From Desulfobacterales bacterium (GTDB taxonomy: Bacteria; Desulfobacterota; Desulfobacteria; Desulfobacterales; UBA5616), in assembly GCA_046483495.1 (NCBI GenBank), contig JAWODC010000092.1, positions 128,153 through 192,152 of the forward strand: a stretch of DNA of 64,000 bases, written 5' to 3'. Under the pieces are notes generated by a model. That model did no database searches and was not told the DNA's origin. It saw nothing but the letters and a program-made list of their open reading frames with translations. Shown here piece after piece: positions 38,802 through 47,486 of this stretch (the stretch's first letter is position 1; each line of letters begins with the position of its first letter). Both the position numbers and the translations under genes were made by a program.

Positions 38802-39087
38802 GCGGAATCGTTCCATCGTTCCATGCTCTTGAAACGTAGAGATTGCAGTAGCAGCTGCCGTACTCCTCCACATCCGGCTTTCGGTAAATGCAGGGACAGA
38901 TGATGTCTTTGTCCCATTCCCTGTCACCGGACGCCAGCCTGCAGGGGCAGCACATGTAGCCATACCGGTCCTTGTTCGTTATCAGCCCTTCCAACAGTTC
39001 AAGCGTTCGTTTCCTGTCGGCATTGAAGACGTATCCCCTGGCCTCCTGAATCGGTCGAAGCCTTTCATAAAGCTCTTGAGCATTCAT
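38758..39087 (-). CDS. Ferredoxin:thioredoxin reductase catalytic-subunit-like protein (FTR-like)
   Basis: 109 aa. The cysteine pattern CPC-x14-CPC-x12-CYC (YMCCPCRLASGDREWDKDIICPCIYRKPDVEEYGSCYC) resembles the CPC...CPC...CHC pattern of the FTR catalytic chain. Confidence 0.7.
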   Translation of the reverse strand: MNAQELYERLRPIQEARGYVFNADRKRTLELLEGLITNKDRYGYMCCPCRLASGDREWDKDIICPCIYRKPDVEEYGSCYCNLYVSRAWNDGTIPHEYVPERRPEEKFK

Positions 39088-39172
39088 CGTCGATTACTCC
39101 TGTGTGAAAAATCGCTTCAGCTGTTTGACCCTGTTCTTGTGTCCCAATCATTTCGTTAAAACCACTTGCGGT

Positions 39173-39487
39173 TTATACCGCGGACCGGGACAGCTTCTTT
39201 CCCACTTTCTCCTCGATGGATCGCACGTTCATGGTCAATTTATCCTGTTGACCTTCCTCATCCTCGATTTTTATCGTCGTAATCACGTGGGAAGACCGCT
39301 CGCGTACGGCTTTATGGCATTGTTGGATAAGCGGCAGGACATCATCCCATTCACCCTCTATGGAGGTTCCCGAGGGCGTCAACTGGTACGGCAATCCCGA
39401 CCCGTCCACGATTTTCATGACCTCGGCAAGTTCGATGCTGATGTGGCTGTCGCCGCCGACCGGAATGATGCTCAATTCAAACAGCAT
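39173..39487 (-). CDS. MTH1187/YkoF-family (DUF77, UPF0045) thiamine/HMP-binding-like protein
   Basis: 104 aa. MLFELSIIPVGGDSHISIELAEVMKIVDGSGLPYQLTPSGTSIEGEWDDV is the typical ferredoxin-like DUF77 fold sequence. The RBS GGAAAGGAG lies upstream. Confidence 0.75.
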   Translation of the reverse strand: MLFELSIIPVGGDSHISIELAEVMKIVDGSGLPYQLTPSGTSIEGEWDDVLPLIQQCHKAVRERSSHVITTIKIEDEEGQQDKLTMNVRSIEEKVGKKLSRSAV

Positions 39488-40170
39488 GATGGTTGCTCCT
39501 TTCCTTTTTATCCGGCAATGATTTCGGCCTTTGACTGAGGCCGGAGAAGCGCCGGTTCCTATAAAAAAACGGATCGTTTAAAAAAAAGATTATTGCATAA
39601 CGTCTGAATCGTACTATTTCCGCCAACCGGGTCCGGCATAATGATACGTTTTCCTCTTGACCTGATCGTTGACCCGCCGCTTCGGATGCCGGGTAGACGA
39701 CCGGTTCAGTCACTTCCATGGGGTCTCTCAGAAGGCCCATGGTTTTGTAATCGACGAAAACGTTCGTATATGGGCATTCCGAGCACGAATAATGGCCCAG
39801 GCTGTCTGAAAAACATTTTGGAATCATATAGGTGCAGCCCTCGATTCTCAATACTGTTTTGCGCCTATTTTAAAATGGATTTTTCAGTATGCTTTTTTAT
39901 CCCGCTGTTTGGTCCGGAACGGCTTTTATGGGACAAAGTGCCGGCAAAAAGAACCTGATCGGATGAACGTATCGGACAGGAACCCTGCAGTGACGGAAAA
40001 CGTTTAGAGTTCATTTTCATGCACAATAGGGGTTTCGTCCTATAGTGAAAGGGTTGGGGAGGGTTTATGGTAACTTAAAAGGGAAAAATTGAAATGGAAG
40101 AGTATGACGAACCCATTCAGCCTACGGAACCCGGAGGCCTGTTGACGAAGTAAGCGACAGCCGATGCGCG

Positions 40171-41817
40171 GTGGAACGAATGGGGGCCGGCGTTCCATCG
40201 CTGCTTTTGAAAACAACCGGAGTCGAATCAGTGCGTAACAGATCGTTCAAGGAATACGGCGATGATGCGGCCGAGGAGCATGTCCGTGAGGTCAGAACCG
40301 TCATGTTAAAAGACATGACGGCGATCGGCAGGGTCGGTCGCAGGTGGGCCCAGATTTGGGTGCGCTCCCATATGCCGGGGCAATTGGAGGCCGTCTGGCG
40401 GCCCGAAGACGGCGATCGACCGGAAGCGAAAAAAATTGTAGAAATTCCTGAGAAAAACCATCGCGACAACACCTGTACGTTCAGGATCACCGTCGCAGCT
40501 CCTGAAAACCTGAAGACGCCTGCGCCGCGAAGGTACAGGTTTACCATACGTCACCTGACCGACCGCCATATCATCGGCGAAGGAACCTTTGAAACGGCGC
40601 CGGAAGACATCGACAGCATGCCGAAAAAGTTTTCGGTCGCCATGGTGAGCTGCAATCAGCCGTTCGATAACAACGGCCGACTGCATCGAAAATCGGTTGA
40701 AATGCTGCGTGCGTCGCTGCGCTGTCTTCGCGAGCATGACACGAAATTCGTCTTCATGATGGGAGATCAACTCTACTCGGATTATCCGGAATCGCTTTCC
40801 CTGTTCCATGACGGTTATTTTGAACGGGTTGCGCCGAAGGGTCGCCGGCACATACTCGACTGCTCGGCCGCGGAAGTCCGCAGCATTTACCATCACCGGT
40901 ATCGGTGGTTCTGGAATCTGGCGGACTGGCGTACATTGCAAAATGAATTTCCATGCTATCCGATACCGGACGACCATGACTTGATTGACAACCGGGGTTC
41001 GAAACCCGAGCATCAGGAGTCTGCCTGGCGCACTATCGGCGAAGGGGCTCGATCAGCGTATTATGACTACCAGGGCAGCCGGGTTCTGGCCTGGTCCGAA
41101 CGGCTGCCGAGTTCCTTTCACTATTCATTTTCCTACGGCCATACCGCTGGTTTTGTTATGGACCTGCGCTCCCGAAGGCGTGCCGGAGAAAACGGACGTT
41201 TATACGACGATCGGCAGGAATCGGACCTGTATGCTTTTTTTCAGCGACACCGTGACAAGCATATACTGCTGATCGTTCTCAGTGTTCCGGTGATTCATCT
41301 GCCGCGGATGTTTGCTCGATTCATGGCGCGGCTGCCCCATTCCGCTGAGGATTTTTCAGATCGTTGGTCCTCCGGCGCTCATCTCGCGGACCGTGACCGA
41401 TTTATACGGATCATCCACACGCATCTGAGCGAAAATCCATCCCAGCGCATTATCCTGTTGAGCGGGGATATTCATATCGGCTGTGCGCATCGAATCGAGT
41501 GGAAAGACGGCACCCGCCCGGTTTATCAATTGATATCCAGCCCTATAACACATGTGACCCCCTGGTATATTCAGTCGGGCTCGAAAATTCTGATCCGCTT
41601 GAATCAACGGATTGTGACCGCCGACAGCCGTCTAGATGCAAGGGTGAGACTGCTTAAAGGCGTAAAAGGCGCAAGGAAAAACCCGGTTTGTGGACTGAAC
41701 CTCGGTTTGCTGGAGATCGAAACGCCCTCAAAAGAATCTGAACCCCGGCTGCGGTTTTCACTTTACGGCAATGACGGTATGCGGCCGGTCTGCCGATTCT
41801 GTACGGAATTAGTATAA
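40171..41817 (+). CDS. PhoD-like alkaline phosphatase / metallophosphatase family protein
   Basis: FVFMMGDQLYSDYP, PIPDDHDLIDN and LSGDIHIGCAH are the PhoD-like metallophosphatase blocks. The true start may be downstream (Met at 40303 or 40315). Confidence 0.7.
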   Translation: MERMGAGVPSLLLKTTGVESVRNRSFKEYGDDAAEEHVREVRTVMLKDMTAIGRVGRRWAQIWVRSHMPGQLEAVWRPEDGDRPEAKKIVEIPEKNHRDNTCTFRITVAAPENLKTPAPRRYRFTIRHLTDRHIIGEGTFETAPEDIDSMPKKFSVAMVSCNQPFDNNGRLHRKSVEMLRASLRCLREHDTKFVFMMGDQLYSDYPESLSLFHDGYFERVAPKGRRHILDCSAAEVRSIYHHRYRWFWNLADWRTLQNEFPCYPIPDDHDLIDNRGSKPEHQESAWRTIGEGARSAYYDYQGSRVLAWSERLPSSFHYSFSYGHTAGFVMDLRSRRRAGENGRLYDDRQESDLYAFFQRHRDKHILLIVLSVPVIHLPRMFARFMARLPHSAEDFSDRWSSGAHLADRDRFIRIIHTHLSENPSQRIILLSGDIHIGCAHRIEWKDGTRPVYQLISSPITHVTPWYIQSGSKILIRLNQRIVTADSRLDARVRLLKGVKGARKNPVCGLNLGLLEIETPSKESEPRLRFSLYGNDGMRPVCRFCTELV

Positions 41818-41850
41818 GAATAAACCAATCATTATTAAAGGAGAGTTAAC

Positions 41851-42009
41851 ATGCGGAAAAAAATGCTTATGATGCTGATTGCACTGTCAATGGCGCTGTC
41901 TGCGATAACAGGCTGCCATACCATGGGCAAGGCAACCGGAGAAGCCGCCGAGGAAGTTGAGGAGGGAGCCCAGGAATTTGAAAGGGGATACGAGGAAGGA
42001 AAAGATTAA
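41851..42009 (+). CDS. Small acidic lipoprotein (52 aa), not in the ORF track
   Basis: ATG 41851 lies 5 nt after AAAGGAGAG. MRKKMLMMLIALSMALSAITGC gives a signal peptide plus a lipobox-like ITGC. The mature part is acidic (GEAAEEVEEGAQEFERGYEEGKD). TAA at 42007-42009. Confidence 0.5.
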   Translation: MRKKMLMMLIALSMALSAITGCHTMGKATGEAAEEVEEGAQEFERGYEEGKD

Positions 42010-42084
42010 TCGCCGTTCTCGATAACCTGGAAAATGTGGACAGATCCGGGCTCCGGGGGGCCCGGATTCTGCTTTCAGAGGTGC

Positions 42085-42624
42085 TCACCTTCGTTCCGGT
42101 CTGGCTTCCTGTTCTTCCGCCGCTCCTTTGCGCATTTCATCGTAAATGCGGTTTTCCTGACGGGTCTCCGGAAACGACATCCCGATCAGCATTCCAATAC
42201 CCGCTAGAGCACCGGCAAGATAAAAGGGATTTTTTGTCGCAATTGCTTTTGATTTGTCTTTCCTCTTCAGAGAACTCTCCCGTGCGCGTTGGGTAAATTG
42301 TTTGGCTTTCTCACCGAATCCGGATGCCGTTTCCCGAATTGCGCTTTCGGGGCCGGCTTCGGATGCTGATTCGGAATGCCTGCGCATCAGAGCCGCTGTC
42401 AGCCAGGCAGCTCCCATTCCGATCAACAGTATCGGAAGCAGGTGTTCCTGGACAGCATCATTTACAGAAACGCCGATATCCCGTGCTCCCTGTACGGCTT
42501 TTTCTGCGGCATTCCTTCCCCGTTCACCGGCCGTTCCGACCGTTTCGGAAAATTTCTCGGAAAATTGTTCTTTCATTTCCGCTGCTTTCATTTCAACGTT
42601 CTTTTTCAATTCCTCCTTTTCCAT
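42085..42624 (-). CDS. Hypothetical membrane protein with charged coiled N-terminus and two TM segments
   Basis: The start at MEKEELKK (ATG 42622-42624) is preceded by GGAGG. TM segments are LLPILLIGMGAAWLTAALM and FYLAGALAGIGMLIGMSF. Confidence 0.5.
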   Translation of the reverse strand: MEKEELKKNVEMKAAEMKEQFSEKFSETVGTAGERGRNAAEKAVQGARDIGVSVNDAVQEHLLPILLIGMGAAWLTAALMRRHSESASEAGPESAIRETASGFGEKAKQFTQRARESSLKRKDKSKAIATKNPFYLAGALAGIGMLIGMSFPETRQENRIYDEMRKGAAEEQEARPERR

Positions 42625-42678
42625 GTTTAACCTCCTGAAGGTATTGTTTGGGTTGACCTGCACCGATTCGGACATGCT

Positions 42679-43104
42679 TTACCGGCGATTCTGTGAAGCC
42701 TTTAAGACGCGGGCAAGCACGATGCCGGACGCGAGACTGGCGCCCATGAAAAGCCATGGTTGTTTCGATGACACGTCACGGGCGTCTTCTTTTATGCGTT
42801 CGAGAGGCGTATCCTGCAGGTATGAAGACATTCGATCGATGCGATCGGCTGCCTTATTGATATATTCTCCGATCACCCGCTGATCATCTTCACTGAAACA
42901 GTTTCCCGCGTCGTGGAGACTTTTCGCCGCCTTTCTCATTTTGACGCCGGTCAAGATCACCTGGTCCGACATGCGGGACTTGAGATAAGCCGTTATTCTG
43001 CTTTGAATATCATCCTCCCGTTCCCGTCTGTATGTTCTCTGCGCACCGGACTCCGGTGACGCGGCCTCTTCGAATGCCTGTTCGCCCTGAATATAATCGG
43101 CCAT
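42679..43104 (-). CDS. DUF883 (ElaB/YqjD)-like tail-anchored stress protein
   Basis: 141 aa. A charged helical body is followed by the C-terminal PWLFMGASLASGIVLARVLKASQNRR anchor typical of DUF883. Confidence 0.55.
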   Translation of the reverse strand: MADYIQGEQAFEEAASPESGAQRTYRREREDDIQSRITAYLKSRMSDQVILTGVKMRKAAKSLHDAGNCFSEDDQRVIGEYINKAADRIDRMSSYLQDTPLERIKEDARDVSSKQPWLFMGASLASGIVLARVLKASQNRR

Positions 43105-43239
43105 CTTCCATTCCTCCTTTTCTGAATAGGTTGGATTCGACTTTTATCGTATTCATAATACATGCAATTTTACCTGCAAATACATGGCATTCCCTATTCT
43201 AATGCCCAAAAGCAGGTAATTTTTCGTAAACGATGACAA

Positions 43240-43398
43240 TCAGAATTTCGTTATGACCCATACGGCATGTACGATGCCGGGAATATAACCGAGAAGGGTC
43301 AGCAGTATGTTCAGCCAGAAGTGTTTCCCAAAGCCGACCTGAAGAAAGACACCGAGCGGTGGAAGAAATATGGCAAATATAATGCGAAGAATATCCAT
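43240..43398 (-). CDS. Pmp3/YqaE-family (UPF0057) small hydrophobic membrane protein
   Basis: MDILRIIFAIFLPPLGVFLQVGFGKHFWLNILLTLLGYIPGIVHAVWVI is a textbook Pmp3 sequence. ATG 43396-43398 is preceded by AAAGGAG. Confidence 0.8.
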   Translation of the reverse strand: MDILRIIFAIFLPPLGVFLQVGFGKHFWLNILLTLLGYIPGIVHAVWVITKF

Positions 43399-43809
43399 AT
43401 TTGGCTCCTTTCGTAGACAGGGATCAAAGGAAATGGTGTGCATCCGGAAGTGGGAAAAATCGATTCGGTTCAGGCTTCCGGATCAGCACTGAATACAAAT
43501 TATCGTTAACCATACCCATGGCATCGGCAATACCGCAAAATGTGTAAATACGGCTGAAAAACCCTTATGCCCGAACATGGAAAATCTGATTTGGCCCTTC
43601 GGGCGAAACTTATACCTGCCGGATCCGATTAAAATAAGGGGAAGTTACCATTTCCAACCGACGATATAATGTACAGATTCATTTTTTAAGGTTAATTGCA
43701 ACGAAACTCAGGCCATTCGGCGATGGAGGAGTATCGAGACGGCTGAGACGGGATGCGGGCTTGAATTGAATTTTCGGCATTACCTTGACAACAGGAAACA
43801 GACACTTGC

Positions 43810-44919
43810 ATGATGAATAGGATCGACCAAAACGCCGTCTTTTATGCGGTTCTCATTGTAGTGGGTATTTATTTTGCCGTATCCGGAGTGGTCGCGGCCA
43901 AGGGCGTTCTGATGCCGATCACCGTTGCAGGGCTTTTGGCGATGCTGCTGCTGCCGGTTTCCGGGAAGCTCGAGGCGTGGGGGGTGAACCGTGCCGTGGC
44001 CGCCCTTCTTTCAACGTTCATTCTGTTGATATTGACATTGGTGTTCATTTTTTTCATGACCTTTCAGATCGAAAATTTCAGCGATGATCTGCCGGAAATG
44101 ATCGAAATCGTGCAATCGAAAATAGCAGATCTCGAAGCATGCATTTATGCGAAAACCGGGATTTCTCCGGAAAGACAGGAAGATCGATTCGTATCGATGC
44201 TGCGCGAGCGTGTCAGTATGCTGTTTTCCAATGCGGTCGGGCTCATCGGATCCGTACCGGGTTTTTTGTTCACGACCCTGCTGATCTTCGTTTATACCTT
44301 TTTTTTCGTTTTGTCCCGGCACAAGTTCACGGCCTTTCTGTTAACAATCGTGCCGGAACACAATCGTGATCAAGCAGAGGAAATCATCCTGAATTCGAGC
44401 AAAATCGCCCGGCATTACCTTTACGGGCGTTTGTTGTTGATCCTTTTTTTGTTTGTCATTTATTATGCCGGATTCGTCGTTTTGGGTCTTAAACATGCCT
44501 TGTTCATTTCCGGCCTGGCGGCCGTACTCTCGCTGGTTCCGTATATCGGCAATATCATTGCGCTGTTTGTGGCGCTCGGTATCGGGCTGTTGACCGGTTT
44601 CGGGGGCAGCGGGATGCTGGGGGTGGTTGGCGTTTTCCTTGCCGCGCAATTCATTGAAAGCTATATACTGGAACCGTATGTCGTTGGATCACAGGTCGAT
44701 ATCAATGCCGTAATGACGATTTTGGCGATTGTAATCGGAGGAGCCTTGTGGAATGCCGTCGGCGTGATTATCGCCATTCCGGTCGTTGGTATTGTCAAAG
44801 TGATCTGTGACAGAATTCCTGCGCTGCATCATTTCGGATATCTTTTGGGCGATTCGAAATCGTCGTCTTCCTGGTTTGAAAAACTGAAAACACGGATAAA
44901 GCGTAAGAGGGCTCACTGA
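43810..44919 (+). CDS. AI-2E family (PerM/UPF0118) transporter
   Basis: 369 aa, about 8 TM segments. The C-terminal blocks SLVPYIGNIIA and AIPVVGIVKVI are typical of the family. Confidence 0.85.
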   Translation: MMNRIDQNAVFYAVLIVVGIYFAVSGVVAAKGVLMPITVAGLLAMLLLPVSGKLEAWGVNRAVAALLSTFILLILTLVFIFFMTFQIENFSDDLPEMIEIVQSKIADLEACIYAKTGISPERQEDRFVSMLRERVSMLFSNAVGLIGSVPGFLFTTLLIFVYTFFFVLSRHKFTAFLLTIVPEHNRDQAEEIILNSSKIARHYLYGRLLLILFLFVIYYAGFVVLGLKHALFISGLAAVLSLVPYIGNIIALFVALGIGLLTGFGGSGMLGVVGVFLAAQFIESYILEPYVVGSQVDINAVMTILAIVIGGALWNAVGVIIAIPVVGIVKVICDRIPALHHFGYLLGDSKSSSSWFEKLKTRIKRKRAH

Positions 44920-44932
44920 ACAGAACGGATAT

Positions 44933-45313
44933 TTAGAAAGATCGATTTCGTCTGTTCAGATGTTTTTTCAGAAGACGCAGATTCTTTCGATTCGCCTTGA
45001 ATCCCACATCGAATACATCGCCGAAAAGCGGAATGCTCCCCACCAGCGTATCCAGCACTATGTTCCCGAGCATCCTGGCCTGAGTGGGTTTTGGGGCACC
45101 CATGCGGCGGGCCTCCCAGATGAGATAGAGGGAGAGCAGGGAAGTGGCTGCATCACCGGCTCCCGGGATCAGGCCGACCAAGCCGTCCAATCCGAATCGC
45201 CGGCGGGTGCCGGGTATTCGAAACAGGTCATCCAGGATGAACGACAACTTTTCCAATCGCGATAAGGATGCTCGATGTTTGTCGGAGTTCGATGAGTTTT
45301 GGCGGTTTTCCAT
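44933..45313 (-). CDS. DUF4112 domain membrane protein
   Basis: LDDLFRIPGTRRRFGLDGLVGLIPGAGDAATSLLSLYLIWEA...DTLVGSIPLFGDVFDVGFKAN matches the DUF4112 pattern. Confidence 0.7.
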   Translation of the reverse strand: MENRQNSSNSDKHRASLSRLEKLSFILDDLFRIPGTRRRFGLDGLVGLIPGAGDAATSLLSLYLIWEARRMGAPKPTQARMLGNIVLDTLVGSIPLFGDVFDVGFKANRKNLRLLKKHLNRRNRSF

Positions 45314-45369
45314 GTTTTACGCTTGAAATAAACGTTTTTTTGCGGCCGAAAAGCCGGTAATCGCCGCCA

Positions 45370-45951
45370 TTATAGAAAATAATATATCCCGGTCCCAATG
45401 ATTCCTGCCGCGCATGCAAACGCCAAAAGCGCCAAAAGACCGTCACGCGCAATCAGAGAGAGCCCGAAAGCGGTTAAGGCGGCGCCGGCCAGATTGGCGC
45501 TGAAGGGGATCACTTCCATTACCGGCATGACCGCACCGATGAAAAGACAGGTTGCGGCAATGATCATCGTTCCGGCATCACCGGTCAATTTCACCAGGCG
45601 TGGTCGGGTCATGCGATCTAAAAACCGGCCGACAGGCAGCAGCCATTTTATGGATTTTCGAAGCTTATCACGTGAAACCGAACGTCTGAGAAGCCACCCG
45701 GGCAGCCATATGTGCTTTCGATGAAGCACCAACTGGCCTGCCGTCAGCAGGACAAACACGCCCATGATGGTGGGCATGCCGGGAATGTCGCCGATTATCG
45801 GCGCCAGCGTCACCAGGCCGGGCAGAAGCAGAAAAGGACCGAACGACCGCTGTCCCACCCTCTCGATAACCGAACCCAGGGAAACCGGGTTCATCTCGAT
45901 ACTGCAAACCCGGGTCAGCAGCTGCTCCAGACTCGTAAATTCCTCGCTCAT
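45370..45951 (-). CDS. ExoD-family (exopolysaccharide synthesis) membrane protein
   Basis: 193 aa. RSFGPFLLLPGLVTLAPIIGDIPGMPTIMG...HIWLPGWLLRRSV matches the ExoD family pattern. Confidence 0.75.
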   Translation of the reverse strand: MSEEFTSLEQLLTRVCSIEMNPVSLGSVIERVGQRSFGPFLLLPGLVTLAPIIGDIPGMPTIMGVFVLLTAGQLVLHRKHIWLPGWLLRRSVSRDKLRKSIKWLLPVGRFLDRMTRPRLVKLTGDAGTMIIAATCLFIGAVMPVMEVIPFSANLAGAALTAFGLSLIARDGLLALLAFACAAGIIGTGIYYFL

Positions 45952-46336
45952 GGATGCCTCTGAAGGTTTTCAAAGGAATTTTACACGTACCCGCTCCACA
46001 TGCCGGTTCCCATACCGTCTCGCTCGTCGCAGTCCGTCTCGCCCATCCGTCGCCGAATGGAAAAAAATCGCTCTGCCGTCGAAACCAGAAATACTATCAT
46101 ATACGAAACGGCCGGCCGGAAAAATGGCGTCAAACACCCAACCCGTTCCGATTTCGATGGTAAATCAAACGGCGGCTGCGGATATGCCCATATGAAATAC
46201 ACCGGCGGTCGAATCCGTATAAATGATCTTACCCATTTTACTGCGGACTTATTTTTGAAAACATGGATTCACTTCTGAATTCAACTGAGCGGACAATGAA
46301 TGAAATTCGAATAAAGTACCAAAAAACGGGTGATAT

Positions 46337-46861
46337 ATGAATCTAATGAACAAAAAATCATGGTCCCCCTATTGGGTAGGGGGTGCCATCGGCATTCTGG
46401 AGACGGTGGCGATGCTTACCGCAAAAAGGCCGTTGGGCATTACGACCGCTTTTGAAAACGCCGCAGCCATGGCGGCCGGCAAGCTGGCACCGAAAAAATT
46501 GGGGATCGAGGAATATCGACACCAGAGTGGCCAGACGCCGAAAATCGACTGGGAGACGGGGCTCGTCGGCGGGGTTATGCTTGGAAGTCTGATCAGTGCC
46601 CGCTTGTCCGAAGACTCGAAACCGCCTGAAGTGCCGACTGCCTGGCAGGAGAAAGTCGGCCGGTCAAAGGCGCTCCGATTTGCGGCCGCCACCGGCGGAG
46701 GCGCGCTCATGATGATCGGCGCCCGAATGGCAAAGGGGTGCACGAGCGGTCACGGCATCAGCGGGACGATGCAATTCGCAGCTTCCAGTTGGCTCTTCGA
46801 TCCGATTATCTTTGCATCCGGGGCGGTGGTGTCCAGGGCGCTGTTCGGGAGGAAAACATGA
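46337..46861 (+). CDS. YeeE/YedE-family sulfur-compound transporter component (first half-type protein)
   Basis: 174 aa membrane protein. PLGITTAF and MAKGCTSGHGISG are the YeeE/YedE Cys-containing motifs. Confidence 0.75.
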   Translation: MNLMNKKSWSPYWVGGAIGILETVAMLTAKRPLGITTAFENAAAMAAGKLAPKKLGIEEYRHQSGQTPKIDWETGLVGGVMLGSLISARLSEDSKPPEVPTAWQEKVGRSKALRFAAATGGGALMMIGARMAKGCTSGHGISGTMQFAASSWLFDPIIFASGAVVSRALFGRKT

Positions 46862-47418
46862 CACGAGAATCCATTGGAAGACTTTTGCTCGGGTTCGGGA
46901 CAGGCGCGGCATTCGGTTTTCTGTTGCATAAGGGGCGGGCTTCGGAATATGAGGTCATTTCCGGTCAATTGCTCGCAACCGACGCATCCGTCGTTAAGAT
47001 AATGGCTACCGCGTCCGCTGTCGGCGCCTTTGGAACCCAACTTCTCAACCGGCATGAAAAGGCGGATATCAAAATCAAGCCGCTCAATGCCGGGGGCGTT
47101 GCCGTTGGGGGGACACTTTTCGGGATAGGAATGGCGCTCCTGGGGTATTGTCCGGGGACCGATATGGCGGCCTTGGGTGCCGGCCATACGGATGCGGCCT
47201 TCGGCGCGGTCGGAATGTTCGGCGGTGCACTGGCCTTTGTGGGGCTTTACCCCTATATAAAACCGGTGATCGAAAAAGGTGCCGTCGGAAAACGAACACT
47301 GCCGGAGCTCACCGGCACCTCTCCCTGGCTTTGGGTTTCCGGAATCGCGGCTGCAGCGGCGGTGACTGCCGGGTTTTTGGAGAAAAACGGTTCCCGCCGC
47401 CAATCCGCTGTCGAGTAG
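46858..47418 (+). CDS. YeeE/YedE-family sulfur-compound transporter component (second half-type protein)
   Basis: ATG 46858 overlaps the upstream stop (ATGA). GFGTGAAFGFLLHKG and LLGYCPGTDMAALG are YeeE/YedE-type motifs. Confidence 0.75.
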   Translation: MTRESIGRLLLGFGTGAAFGFLLHKGRASEYEVISGQLLATDASVVKIMATASAVGAFGTQLLNRHEKADIKIKPLNAGGVAVGGTLFGIGMALLGYCPGTDMAALGAGHTDAAFGAVGMFGGALAFVGLYPYIKPVIEKGAVGKRTLPELTGTSPWLWVSGIAAAAAVTAGFLEKNGSRRQSAVE

Positions 47419-47486
47419 GGACACGACGATAAGCCGGACCATTCAGTTCTAAAGATAACCATGCATTTCCCGAAAGGAGGCAAGAC

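Noticed and set aside
40094-40153. A 19-codon mini-ORF (MEEYDEPIQPTEPGGLLTK) upstream of the PhoD-like gene.
   Set aside because: It has a weak RBS and no recognisable motif, and it is too short to support from sequence alone.
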